Below, piece by piece: positions 1-11,039 of a stretch of 64,000 bases of DNA. The DNA lies in the NCBI RefSeq assembly GCF_016433145.1, contig NC_058133.1:169851553-169915552 (forward strand). Reading direction: 5' to 3'. The notes beneath the pieces were generated by a model, which worked only from the letters and a program-made list of their open reading frames with translations, was not told where the DNA came from and searched no databases. This DNA is from Gracilinanus agilis (Eukaryota). The first letter of the stretch is position 1; every line of letters begins with the position of its first letter. A program made the position numbers and the translations under genes.

Positions 1-81
<81 letters not shown>
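1..81. repeat. (TC)n microsatellite, truncated by the window start
   Basis: Pure TC dinucleotide run seen directly. Confidence 0.98.
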
Positions 82-86
<5 letters not shown>

Positions 87-314
87 CCATTCCCCCTCTC
101 TCTCCCTTACTCTCCTTCAATAGGACAATTAAAACAGCCCTCATAAATAGACCTAGTCAAGCAGAATGCAAATTCTCACATTGGCCATTCATGTCAGGTC
201 CGAAAATGTATCCCTGGAGATGGCTCCCACTCACCAACCCCGGAATCCTCCCCCGAGAAGATGGGAGTGGGCTGCCGTGGGGACAATGAAAGTTTAACAG
301 GCATTCATTCTGGG

Positions 315-468
315 CTGAGAGTCAGCCTCGGAGCTGGGACGCTCTAAACCTTCCCTCCTGGTACTGGGCAAAGCCTTTGGCACTTTCAGTGCTCTTGTCG
401 GAGCAGTTTCATTTGTAGATGTCAGGAGTCCCCTCACAGGGAGTGCCCTACGCCAATGAAATCACAGG
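315..468 (+). mobile_element. Old CORE-SINE (MIR3/THER2-like) remnant, unusually GC/CpG-rich
   Basis: Tail gggagtgccctacgccaatgaaatcacagg resembles the marsupial MIR3-type 3' end; an antisense copy of the same tail lies at ~59667-59690. Boundaries approximate. Confidence 0.55.
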
Positions 469-1048
469 ATAAGACCAAAAAAAAGATGACTGTACAAATT
501 TACACAATGTGGGGGCGGGCTCTCGAAAGTACAGCAAAGCCTGGGGTGACTCCTCTCCCCTCCCCAGTCCGGCGGGTCAGGAATCAGCTGCAGGGTGACC
601 CAAGCAAGCGAGGAAGGCTGGAGAGAGAGTCCCAGCTTCCTGCACTCACTAACCCTTTGTACCCTGCCCCTCTCCCTCTTCCCTCCGACCCTCCCCCCGT
701 TTCCTGTATCCTGCCTCTTGGAGGGAGGGCCAAACTCATAAACCCCTTCCTCATCCCCATGCCACCTGTCACTGACCATCTCCTTTCCCAGCTTCCCTAT
801 TTCCTGGGATTTCTCCCCCTTCCCAACCTCCCTTTCCAACGATGGTTTCTGGGTCCCGGGCCCTGACATTCCCCCTAATCTTTCTAGGCTGGTCTTTGGA
901 CCCTACTTTCCAGCTCTCCTCCCCATCGCCATAGCCCAAGACCCTTTGGATGGGTTTCCCAGGCTCCCTCTCTCTCTGTCCCGTCTGGGTCAGGGGGGGT
1001 GGTGGCCTCGCCTGGTTCTAGACTTTTGGGTCCCTCCCTCCTCGCAGC

Positions 1049-1056
1049 GGGGCGGG
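1049..1056 (+). promoter_or_regulatory. S100A14: GC box (Sp/KLF site) in the S100A14 promoter
   Basis: GGGGCGGG about 130 bp upstream of the TATA box, in a CpG-enriched, repeat-free promoter. Confidence 0.5.
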
Positions 1057-1182
1057 CCCTCTGGCTCTGAGCCCGGCCTGTAGAGCAGCTGCCACTGGCA
1101 TAACCCAACTGCAAACCCTTCCCCCTCTTTGCTCCCTCCTCCCCACCATTTCTCCTCTCCTCCTCCTTTCCACTCCCCCAGG

Positions 1183-1188
1183 TATAAG
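1183..1188 (+). promoter_or_regulatory. S100A14: TATA box of S100A14
   Basis: TATAAG 59 nt upstream of a consensus donor CAG|GTAAGT; typical S100 short non-coding exon 1 layout. Confidence 0.75.
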
Positions 1189-1209
1189 GGCTGGGCCAGG
1201 TGAGCCGAC

Positions 1210-1241
1210 TCCTCCTGTCTCTGTCCCAGAAGCCCTAGCAG
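1210..1241 (+). other. S100A14: S100A14 non-coding exon 1 (start approximate)
   Basis: Ends at CAG|GTAAGT (GT at 1242); start inferred ~28 nt after TATA. Confidence 0.7.
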
Positions 1242-1836
1242 GTAAGTGAGCCCCTGCCTCAACACAATGGGCTCTTCCTAACTCTCTTGTTCCTGCTGCT
1301 CTTGGGGAAGAGCTTCGAAGGGAAGGCGTGCTTTAGGGATACCCATGCCATTCCCACCTCGACTCCTATGAGGTCCCAGGGGAGGGAGCCTGTGGGAGGA
1401 GGAGGCTGGCCAACTGGGGGACCCAGGCTCGGAGGGCACCATGATGAGGATCATGTTTGTGACCAGGCTGGGAAAGGAGAGGTGGCACCTTGGCAGGATT
1501 ACAGGGTCCGGGGGCATCAAGGCTGAGGAGGGCTTTGGGGCGAGGACAGAAACTCCTGCCTTTCCCAAGGGTGCACGTGGGCGTGGAGTGATGGGGATCT
1601 GCCGCTGACCCTCTCCTCTCCCCCACCTCCTGTTTCCAGCTTCCTGGAGGGAGGGGCAAAGTCATGTGGGTGGGTGGGGTGAGGGGGAGATGGAATCCTT
1701 AGCTTCCCCCTCATATCAGATCGCTCACATTTGCCAGGCAGAAGATGAACCACTGGTCCCTCAGGGACACGCCATAGGATAATACTCCCAGATATCCAAG
1801 AAGTGACCCCCTGCCCCCTCACCCACCCAGGTCATC

Positions 1837-1866
1837 ATGGGACAGTGTCATTCTGCAAATGCTGAG
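1837..1866 (+). CDS. S100A14: S100A14 coding exon 1 (MGQCHSANAE)
   Basis: Matches human MGQCRSANAE; Kozak atcATGG; donor GAG|GT at 1867. Nearest acceptor is cccacccag at 1830; upstream AGs at 1639 and 1737 are alternatives for the UTR part. Confidence 0.93.
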
Positions 1867-2764
1867 GTTGGTTCATTCATTCCCCTGCCTTCTGTCCAAG
1901 AAGCTCTTGCTAGCCTCCTGCTCCCTCTTCCCTATTCCGTTTCTTCTTGTCCTTTCTGAAGTTCCTTTCTTGAATCCCCCCCTTCCACACTCCTTTCCCT
2001 GGCCCCCGACTCGGAGACCTCCTCTCTCCTCCCTTCCATTGATTCCCAGGCTTCCCTCCTTTAAGTCCCTGACTTCCCTCTTGATCTCTGTATCCTCTTC
2101 TCTAGGATTTCCTTCTGCCTCTTTCCATCCTTTTCTCTGCTGTACTCTTCAGCTTGGCTTAGAATTCCCAAAGACAGGGAAGGAACCTGCTCTCTTTTTC
2201 CCACGTAGCCTGTCACTAGAGAGCCTTCCCTCTGAGACAGAGCCAGACGTGGACCCACGTGCTGGGACCTGCCCTGGCTGGGAGAATGGTTGGAGGTTGG
2301 GGTGAGAAGCAGGTTTACCCGACTCAAGGCTTTCCACGTAGTGGGTCTGAGGAGGAAACCTGGAAAAGGGGAAAAATGGGGAATGATTCTGGATAACCAA
2401 GAGGGGCTGGAAGCTGGGGCCAAGCGGATTGTACTCCCCTCTTGCCTTGTTGGCATTTCCTAAAATGGCACCCAGTAGAGTAGGGAGGCCTTTGGGTAGG
2501 TTTCTGTGGTTTGGAGCAAGAGATCCAAAAGAGGGAAAAGTATAGTGAGGATGGATAGGATTAAAGAGGAAGTTCCAGAGCAAAAAGATATTTGGACCAA
2601 TGGATAAGCCTAAAATTAGGAAAAATGTCACTGGAGGGTGGGCGAGGGAGATTTTCAGGCAGAACCAGAACACCCTCCCTAAATTGGGTGTTCTGTGGGG
2701 ACCCTGGGTCCTGGGGTTGGGAAACACCTATTTGATTTTGGTTTTCTGCTGCCCCTATCCTAAG

Positions 2765-2911
2765 GATGCCCAGGAGTTCAGTGATGTGGAACGGGCCATC
2801 GAAACCCTCATCAAAAATTTTCATCAGTATTCAGTAGCAGGGAAGAAGGAGACACTGACACCTTCTGAGCTTCGGGATCTGGTCACCCAGCAGTTGCCCC
2901 ATCTCATGCCG
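2765..2911 (+). CDS. S100A14: S100A14 coding exon 2, pseudo-EF-hand ([49 protein letters not shown])
   Basis: Near-identical to human S100A14; acceptor taag|GAT, donor CCG|GTATGG, phase 0. Confidence 0.97.
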
Positions 2912-3185
2912 GTATGGAATCCTAGGCATCTGAGCCCTGTGTTCCTGTGAATCTCTGTCCCTCAGTTTCCCCATCCTTTCTCCTTTTCCCCAGCTAACTC
3001 TGGGTAGCAGGGCCTCGGGTTTGTTGGTTGATTAGCTACTCCCTAGGCTGGGGGAAAGGTCCCCCCCTTGGGCCCCTGTCTCTTTTTTTGGAGGGGTGGA
3101 GTGGGGTGGGGTGGGAAGGCTAGGATGGAGACTCTTTCTGAGTTGTGGGTGTCTCCCCTTTGCTCCACTCCCTATCTTTCCTCAG

Positions 3186-3323
3186 GGCAGCTGTGGGCTG
3201 GATGAGAAAATCGCCAACTTGAGCAGCTGCAACGACTCCAAGTTAGAGTTTGGGAGTTTCTGGGAACTAATCGGAGAAGCCGCCAAGAGTGTGAAACTAG
3301 AAAACGTGAACAGGGGAAACTGA
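3186..3323 (+). CDS. S100A14: S100A14 coding exon 3 ([45 protein letters not shown])
   Basis: Acceptor tttcctcag|GGC; TGA at 3321-3323; spliced protein is 104 aa, as in human. Confidence 0.97.
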   Translation, partial: GSCGLDEKIANLSSCNDSKLEFGSFWELIGEAAKSVKLENVNRGN

Positions 3324-3392
3324 GCCTCCTCCCCCAGCGCTAACCAGGAATCTTGGGAAGGCCTCCCCCCCCAGAGACTGTGTAAACATAAA

Positions 3393-3398
3393 AATAAA
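3393..3398 (+). terminator. S100A14: Proximal polyadenylation signal candidate of S100A14
   Basis: AATAAA 70 nt after the stop codon, followed by a T/C-rich tract. Confidence 0.4.
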
Positions 3399-3962
3399 AG
3401 TTTCTCTCTTCTTCCCTAACTCCCCACCCTGTTCCCCACCTTCTCCCCAAGGCTTTGCGTATACCTTCCTCTCCTAATGGAGCATTTAATAGCTCCATAG
3501 GGTTTTGGGAGGTGGAATTGGGGGTCCCCACACAGTAGGAGGTATAGAAGGGGAACCAAGGTGGAGGGTCAGATTTGTAGGGATAATGGTGGCATGAACT
3601 AGAGCAGAGAGGGCATTCAGAAGGGGCCTGGGACCTGAATTGACTAAGGGAGAGACAGGCATGGGGGCAAGAGATAGGATATTTGGTGCTAAATGAACTT
3701 CTGGCCCTCACCCCATTCTGAAGTGTAACTATCCAGCCAGACAGGTCCCTTTCTTTCTCCTCCTTTCCTCCTTTCCCTCCCTCTCCTCTTCCACACATAA
3801 ATTCAAGGGACCTTAACCTTTTTAGGGTTTTGTCCCTTCAGAAACAGCATCAGTCGAGGGGACAGTGGTTGGGCTGGGATTAGGGAGGGTGTGATTTTGA
3901 GGGTGAGGGGGCTTGGTGCTTTGGGCATTTTGGAATGATGGTTGTTTTGTATCGTTTGATTT

Positions 3963-3968
3963 AATAAA
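3963..3968 (+). terminator. S100A14: Distal polyadenylation signal of S100A14
   Basis: AATAAA preceded by TTTTGTA-type U-rich sequence and followed by GT-containing sequence. Confidence 0.65.
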
Positions 3969-4284
3969 AAAAAAAGAGAGATAAAAGAAATATGGTGACG
4001 TGTGATTCAAAACTCCTGGGGATCTTGGAGGGAGAGTGGGTCTGAAGCCTCATGGTGGGGTGTGGATGTTAGTGATGGGCAACTAGGAGTAGTAAGTGGT
4101 AGAAGTTAATGAGTATCAGTTTATTCTTTTAAGGCTAAACTTGGATGGCTCCTGGACTAGACAGTGGGATATTTGCTTTCCTATTTTGTCTGGGAGTCCT
4201 CTATATGATATTTGTTGAGGGGGTATTGCTGCATAATCTGGCAGTCCCTGTTTTCCTGGATAATAACACATACACACAAACATA

Positions 4285-4363
4285 CAAATATATCCATCTA
4301 TGCATATGTATATATATATATATATCCATATGTATATATATCCATATGTATATATATATATAT
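4285..4363. repeat. (CA/TA/TG)n mixed microsatellite
   Basis: Seen directly; explains ORF-track entries 4145-4471, 4201-4398 and 4212-4430. Confidence 0.9.
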
Positions 4364-4600
4364 AGTGCTTTACAGTTTACAAAGCACTTTACATACATTA
4401 TCTATCTCATGTGGTCCAATAATCCTGTAAGATGGATAGTAGATGTATTATTATTTCCATTTTGGCAATAAGAAAATAGCTGCAGAGATGTTAACTGACT
4501 TACCTAAGGTCACACAGCTTGTTAGTGGGAGAGCCAGGATTTAACCTATGTCTCCTAACTCCAGAAACTGTATCTTTTCCCAAATACCACAGTTACTCCT
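4364..4600 (-). mobile_element. MIR-type CORE-SINE
   Basis: Antisense MIR motifs gtgctttacagtttacaaagcactttac and actgacttacctaaggtcacacagc. Confidence 0.75.
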
Positions 4601-4917
4601 CTTGGGTCCTGGGGAGGCTAGGTGTGGTAGGGGGAGTGAAGGAGCCTAGCTATCCCATCCCAATGGCTTGGTTTCCAGGGGGAACAATAAAGGAAAGGAA
4701 TTGTCTAGGAAAGGGGTGGGAATGCACGGGCCCCTTAGTGGAAGGAAGACCTGGATTTTGAGAAGTGGGGACTAGGTTGATCCCCAGTTGGGTCCAGAAT
4801 GCAAGACTCCAGAGGTTCTGTTGCTCTCTGACTAAACAATCAGGAAGGCTAAGGCCTAAAGGAATTCAGCTTTAGGTATGGAATGTAAGGGCTAGTCTGG
4901 GTCCCTGTCCTGCCCAA

Positions 4918-4943
4918 GGCTGGGCTGGGCTGGGCTGGGCTGG
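4918..4943 (+). repeat. (GGGCT)n pentamer array
   Basis: Five tandem GGCTG/GGGCT units directly abutting TATATTAA. Confidence 0.9.
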
Positions 4944-5009
4944 TATATTAACTGGTCTGTCTGCAAGGGTGAGTTATAGCCCCTGAAACTAGTCCTCTCA
5001 TTGACCCAG
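4944..5009 (+). promoter_or_regulatory. S100A16: Candidate TATA box plus short first exon (1a) of S100A16
   Basis: TATATTAA at 4944-4951 and donor CAG|GTGAGC at 5010; the 66-nt spacing matches the other three S100 genes here (57-73 nt). Confidence 0.45.
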
Positions 5010-5289
5010 GTGAGCCATGTGGCAGCTGATGACAGCCCCTTTCTCTGTAACTTCAGGAAAGGACTAAGAAGGTGGGGAAGTTGGGGGAAAGCCAGCCTCT
5101 CTGGCACACCCTTTTGGAGGGGTGGGGGAAAGAGGTGTGTGTGTGTGTGTCTCTTTAACTAGGGCCCAACCCCACAGCCAGGTAAAGATTGAGCTAAGTC
5201 TCTTTATATCCCCACTCAGCCAGCTCAGTCAGGCAAATCAGGGAGGGAGTTAGGGGAGACTTTGGGAAGAAGTCAGGGAGGAGTCTGGG

Positions 5290-5367
5290 CAGGTTCAGGA
5301 GCTACTTGGCAGTCAGTACCTGAAGCCAGGCCGGAGAGACCCGCCGGAGGAGGACTCGAGGAGGCAG
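5290..5367 (+). other. S100A16: Candidate non-coding first exon (1b) of S100A16 (start approximate)
   Basis: CpG-containing purine-rich segment ending at GGCAG|GTGAGA (GT at 5368); position fits a distant S100A16 exon 1. Confidence 0.55.
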
Positions 5368-6051
5368 GTGAGACTCGGAAATCCTCAGGGCCAGAGGAAG
5401 AAGGGAAGGAGTTAGGGAGGAAGCAACAGAGAAGCGGCTAAGGGGAGAGCTGGGTGGTTGAGGTGGGGGGTGAGAGGAGCCAGCCGGGAGGGAAGTTAGT
5501 TAATAATTTATTTTGGGAGGGCCACTTTTGGCCTAGAAGGGAGGCATTGCCAAGGGGCAGAGGCGAGGTTACTGGTGGAGCAGGCGGGTGGGAGGACCCC
5601 ATGCCCAGGCAGACCAGATCCATCCTCAGTAGACAGGGTCAGTGATCAGGAGGCCTCAGTGCCTACTCTGGGGAGAGGAAAAAGCATGAACAAATACAAT
5701 AAAAGCAAGTGTTACCCCTTCACAATCCCCCAAACTCCTTGGGTATGGGCCTAATTATTTATTGGGTTGAGATGAGCAGAATTCAAAGAGTGGGGCCTAC
5801 TGCAGGCAAACATTAAGGGAGTGGTGATAGGAGGAGATGCAAGAGAACAGGATAGCCAGGGGGGAAAGGGGGGAAAGAACAGCTAGGACTTCTTCACCTG
5901 GGGAAGGAAACAAGTCTCAGCTTGAACCACTCTGCATGGTGGGGACACACCTGTACAGCTCAGCATCGGATAATGTTCTCTCAACCCATCCAGGAACTGG
6001 GGGTACCTTGGATGTAATAGAGGGACTTTAGAATCCTAGAGTCTAGGGTTT

Positions 6052-6210
6052 GGGGCAGCTCAGTGGCTAAGAGTGCCAGGCCTGGAGCTGGGAGGACCTG
6101 GGTTCAAATCTGGCCTCAGACACTTCTTAGCTATGTGACCCTGGGCAAATTACTTAACTCCATTTGCCTAGCCCTTCTTTCCTAAGAATTGTTACTTAGA
6201 CAGAAAGTAA
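6052..6210 (+). mobile_element. tRNA-derived CORE-SINE (marsupial SINE1/2 type)
   Basis: ggggcagctcagtgg head, B-box ggttcaaatc, CORE tgaccctgggcaaattacttaac. Confidence 0.85.
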
Positions 6211-6247
6211 GATAGAATTGTTACCAAGATGGAAAGTTAGCCTTTAA

Positions 6248-6333
6248 GAAAGAAAGAATGAATGGATGAATGGATGGATGGATGGATGGATGGATGGATG
6301 AATGAATGGATGAATGAATGAATGAATGAATGA
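6248..6333. repeat. (GAAT)n/(GGAT)n compound tetranucleotide repeat
   Basis: Seen directly. Confidence 0.95.
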
Positions 6334-8220
6334 TGGCCTCTCCTTATGTAGTAGTCCCTCTATATGAGGGACTAAATGACAAAAATCCCAAGGTAGGCAG
6401 AGTAGGGAGGTGGAAGGAGGAGTTGATGGTAGGTGTACACTAGGGTCTGAGAAGGCCAGGGGCTGGAGGGCACATCCCAGTTCTTGGAGGAATGGAGAAG
6501 AATTTGACTTTAAGACTTAGAGTGAAAACTGAGTAAGGGTGGAGTGGATATGGGAGAGGAGGGGCCTGTAGGAGGGCAGGCCAAGGCACCTCTGAATGTG
6601 CCACAGGTGTCTTAGAGAGGCGAGTGAATGAGGTGAGCTGGCACAGGTAGGAGGGGAAGGACTGAATGGTGGGGAATAAATGTGAGATAGCGTTTGGAGG
6701 AACAAGTTAGGGGCATTGTTGAAAACTGGTGTTTCTGGGTGGAGTGGGAAGGGGCCCAAGGGTCAAGAGTGCATCTGGCAAGAGCCTAGCCAGGTAAGAA
6801 GGGAAGGGAGGGAAAGAGATTAGGGGATTAGGAGGAGTTCCAGAGAGATGGTGTCAGGGGGGGTAATTTGGTCTTTTTTCGGAAAAGTCAGCAAGCCTTG
6901 GGGTGGGGCAGTAAACCCTGTAGGAGGGGCAGGAGAGGGATCAGGGGTAGCTCATTGCACACAGGTGAATCAGCCTGGGGGACGGCAACGACTGTCTTGA
7001 GGGGTTGAGAACCCCCAGACGAGAGATCTTTTACTCAGGCTTCTCTGTCCACGTGGAGAGATTGCTGAATTGGGAAAAGGATTATATTCCTAAACTCTAC
7101 ATTGTCCTGCCCTCCTAACTCTCAACACGTTTTCTGTTTCCTCCTCTATCTAAGTAAACACTAGAGACCCCAGCAAATAGCAAAGTCCATGCTGGATACA
7201 CCCTGGGTTTTATGAATAACCTGGACATCCTCTTCCCTGACCTGCTCTGCTTTAGGACTCCCCAGAAGGGGGTGGAAGCAGCAGGAGGGTGGGGTCAGCA
7301 GTTAAAGCGGGGGAGGCAGAGGAATGGGAGAGGGAGGCTGTGGGCTGGTGAATGGGGGTGGTTAGGGATGGGCTGAGTGGCAAAGCCAGTCTGCCATCCC
7401 CAGGGGGAAAAGAGAAGGTAATGATGCCTTGCATGTGTCTCCGCTCTCTGAGGATCTCTAGGCATTTTTTTTTTCAGATGGTATCTCTTGGGATGCCCAT
7501 CTCACATAAGAAGCAGAAGGGTGGAGTAGATTGGGGTGGGTGTTATGAGCAGTGCTTGAGAACTGAGGTATAAAGAGGGGGGCAACCCTAGGAAAATGGC
7601 TTCCTAGCATTGCCCAGAGACCAGGTGGAGACAGAAGAACCAGATTTTTCAGCACCTCCCCTCCTCCCCACAATTCTTGCCTTCCTTTAGCTTTGTTGCT
7701 GGGCAGCCTTGGGAAGAACAGAGCAAGATTCCTCTGCTTAAAGAAATACCATCAGGAAGGAAAGGGTGGTTGGGAAGTAGGTGGAGTAGGGTGGGGGAGT
7801 AGATGAAACAGGGACAACATGTGATAAACTAGTGTGCCCCACTACCCCCAGCTCCTTCCTTTCTCTGTCTCTTCTCTTTGGCACTTAGCTCTATGATGAA
7901 GGTGGGATGTTCTCTGAAGCCTGGGACCCCTATCCGGTGGGATTTAAGTCTTTCTGATGGTTTTCTCATGTGGTGATTACCTACTTCACCCTAGTCCTTA
8001 GACCCTTTGGGGAACAGGTTTGGCCCTCAACCCCCCAGGAAGGCACAACTTCCAAAGGCCTCAGGATTATGCTCCAAGGGGCACAGGCTAGGCTGATCTC
8101 TGTCTGTTCAGGAGAAGGGCAAACAATGAAAATGTCCTTTGAGATTTTCCTCTGTCACACACTGAACTCTTCCTAGTCCTCTCCAGTACCCTCTGTACCC
8201 CTAAATTTACATTCATCTCT

Positions 8221-8423
8221 TTTTTTTTTTAAACTCTTAACTTCCATCTTGGAGTCAATACTGTGTACTGTCTCCAAGGCAGAAGAGTGGTAAGGGCTAG
8301 GCAATGGGGGTTTAGTGACTTGCCCAGGGTCACACAGTTAGGAAATGTCTGAGGCCAGATTTGAACCTAGGACCTCCCATCTCTAGGCCTGGCTCTCAAT
8401 CCACTGAGCCACCCAGGTGCCCC
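8221..8423 (-). mobile_element. SINE1_Mdo-like SINE with 15-bp TSD
   Basis: Full antisense copy; TSD tttacattcatctct at 8206-8220 and 8424-8438. Confidence 0.93.
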
Positions 8424-9675
8424 TTTACATTCATCTCTTAGCCCATCTTCTTTCCTACAATAATTCAGCCCCTAAGAATTTGTAGGAAGGAGCTACCAGA
8501 CCTGGGAAAACTCAAATAACTTATGTGTTCAGTAAATAAAGTGAGATATTTGTTCAGGGTCCAGGGACTGCAATTCAGGTCAGTGTGCTAAGGAAGAAAA
8601 TGGAAGAAGAGGGGTTCAATTCAGTTTAATTTCTTCCAACAAACATTTATTTTTATTCTGTTCTATTTTTTCTACTGGGTGGAGAACACTCTGTTTGGGG
8701 TAGGGGCATGTGTGAGTATATGACAGAGATGAGTAAGCCAAGGTTCCTGACCTCAGGGTTCCAGTCTAGTAGGAGGGATGACACATGGCCATATGAATTT
8801 GTTACCACTGTAACATGATAAGAACACGTGTCAAAGGAAGGACAGTTGCTTCTGACTGCAGGGGTCAGAAAAAAACTTTATGGAAGAAGGGCCATATGAG
8901 CTGAGGCTTGATGGAGGTAGTGAAGGCATAATGGAAGGAGCACGTCAGAGAATCTGACTTCAAATCTTTGTTCTATGGTTCTTCATTCGTGTGACTATTG
9001 GGCAATTTACTTAACTCTTCTCTGGGCCTCAATTACCTACAATTATCTATAAATAGGTGGGTTGGATGAGGTGATCTCTAAGATTTCTAGTTTCACATTC
9101 TCTGCTCCAAGAAAAATAAGATCCTAATAGACACAGGAAAGCCCCTGGCTGCCCTTTCCTCCTCCCTCCCCCCCCTACATCTTCTTCCTTAAATTCCACT
9201 AAAGCATTGATGCCCATAAGCTCTTGTCAGGTCCCAGAATGCCTACCTAGGACCTGGAACACTGGTGGTCAGGACTTGGGTGGGAGAGGGGAGTGGGGGA
9301 TAGGGGCATAATTAGCTATTTAACAAACACCTCTACTTTACGGGGGCACTGTGCTAAGCCTGAGGAATACATCACAGTTCCTGCTTTCAAGGAGTTTCTG
9401 ACCTAGCTGGGGAGACAAGACAGTGCACGTTACTAACTTACTAATGTAGGAGTAGTGTCCTGGAAAAGAAATACCACAGGAGTTCAGAACAGGGGAAACA
9501 GGATCACTGTGGGCTGGGGTGGTATTCAGTTAGGTAGGAAAAAAAAAAAAAAAAAAGCTTAAGGGTTAGGAGATACCAGTCTAGGAGAATGGCTTGAGGA
9601 GTACCTTGACTATATACATCCTCACTTTTCTGGGACAGGCTCAAGAAAAGAAAACATATTAACTTTAAAACATTA

Positions 9676-9878
9676 TTTTTAAAAACCCTTACCTTCTGTC
9701 TTAGAATCAATACTACGCATTAGTTTCAAGGCAGAAGAGTAGTAAAGTCAGGGAATGAGGGTTAAGTGACTTGCCCAGGGTCACGCAGCTGGGAAGTGTT
9801 TGAGACCAAATTTGAACCCAGAACCTCTTCATCTCTGGGCCTGGCTCTAAATCCACTGAACCACTTAGCTGGTGCCCT
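9676..9878 (-). mobile_element. SINE1_Mdo-like SINE
   Basis: Full antisense copy, upstream member of a tandem pair. Confidence 0.88.
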
Positions 9879-9888
9879 CCTTCCCCCA

Positions 9889-10095
9889 ATTTTTTTTTAA
9901 ACCCTTAACTTCCATCTTGGAGTCAATACTGTCTATGGCTCCAAGGCAGAAGAGTGGTAAGGGTAGGCAATGGGGGGGTCAAGTGACTTGCCCAAGGTCA
10001 CACAGCTCGGAAGTGTCTGAGGCCAGATTTGAACCTAGGACTTCCCATCTCTAGGCCTGGCTCTCAATTCATTGAGTTATCCAGCTGCCCCCCCC
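9889..10095 (-). mobile_element. SINE1_Mdo-like SINE
   Basis: Full antisense copy with poly-T tail. Confidence 0.9.
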
Positions 10096-10293
10096 CTCGT
10101 ATTTACTTTTAATCAATCACTTAACAAACATGAGATATTTATTTGTTATGTGCTATGTATCATGCTAAATGTTGGCAATTCAAAGATAATGAAATAAATT
10201 TTGTCTTTAAGAATTAACATTTTCTACAGGGATATAATAAGATATGTACAAAGTAAATAAAAATTCATTTGGGAGGCAGCATTAGCAGTTAGA

Positions 10294-10540
10294 GGGGTAT
10301 CTAGGTGGCACAGTAGATAGAATACCAGGCCTAGTCAGGAAGATTCATCTTTCTGAGTTAAAATCTGGCTCAGATACTTACTAGCTATGTATCTCTGGGC
10401 AAGATAATTTATCCTGTTTGCCTCAGTTTCCTCCTCTGTAAAATGAGCTGGAGAAGAAAATGGCAAACCACTTCAGTATCTTTGCCTAGACAATCTCAAG
10501 TGGGGTTATGAAGAATTGGACCCAACTGAATGGATTGAAC
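10294..10540 (+). mobile_element. MAR1-type CORE-SINE (RTE-like tail)
   Basis: ctggagaagaaaatggcaaaccacttcagtatctttgcc tail motif. Confidence 0.8.
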
Positions 10541-10817
10541 CTTAGCAGCTAGGGGAGGATCAGGAAAGGGCTTGTAAGAGATGAAGGGAGTTAAGGATTC
10601 TAAAAGATGGAGGTGTAAAGAGAGGGTATCCTAGGCATAGGGGATAGCCTAGGCAAAAAATGGAGGGAGGAAATGATGTAGAGAATGTTGTGTGTGAGAA
10701 AGAGCAAGAATTTGTGAAGGGGAATAATGGAAAAATAGGCTAGAGCCAGATTGTGGAGAGTATTAATAAGAGTTTGTTTTTTCTCCCTAAAGGCAGTAGG
10801 GAGCCACTGGAGCTTTT

Positions 10818-11026
10818 TTCTTCTTTTTTAAAACCTTTACTTTCTCTCTTAGAATCAATATTGTGTATTGGTTCTAAGGCAGAAGAGCAGTAAGGGTGAG
10901 GCAATGAAGGTTAAGTGTCTTGCCCAGGGTCACACAGCTAGGAAGTATCTGAGGCCAGATTTGAACCCTGGACCTTACTATTTCTAGACCTGGCTCTCAG
11001 TCCACTGAGTCTCCTAGCTGCCCCCT
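10818..11026 (-). mobile_element. SINE1_Mdo-like SINE (older of a same-site pair)
   Basis: Antisense copy flanked by ccactggagcttt at 10804 and 11027. Confidence 0.9.
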
Positions 11027-11039
11027 CCACTGGAGCTTT

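Noticed and set aside
456-2727. Long Pro/Gly/Ser-rich ORFs on both strands (456-866, 462-869, 1859-2305, 2149-2727 and others)
   Set aside because: They overlap the GC-rich S100A14 promoter and introns, have no recognisable domain or splice support, and several start at non-ATG codons; stop-poor GC-rich DNA explains them.
6775-6800. Segment resembling the end of S100A14 exon 1 (gagcctagccag|GTAAGA) in S100A16 intron 1
   Set aside because: Short similarity and no TATA at the expected distance; cannot be called an exon without RNA data.
7569-7630. TATAAAG followed by CAG|GTGGAG as another S100A16 first exon
   Set aside because: Weak donor (+3 to +5 mismatches) and no other promoter features.
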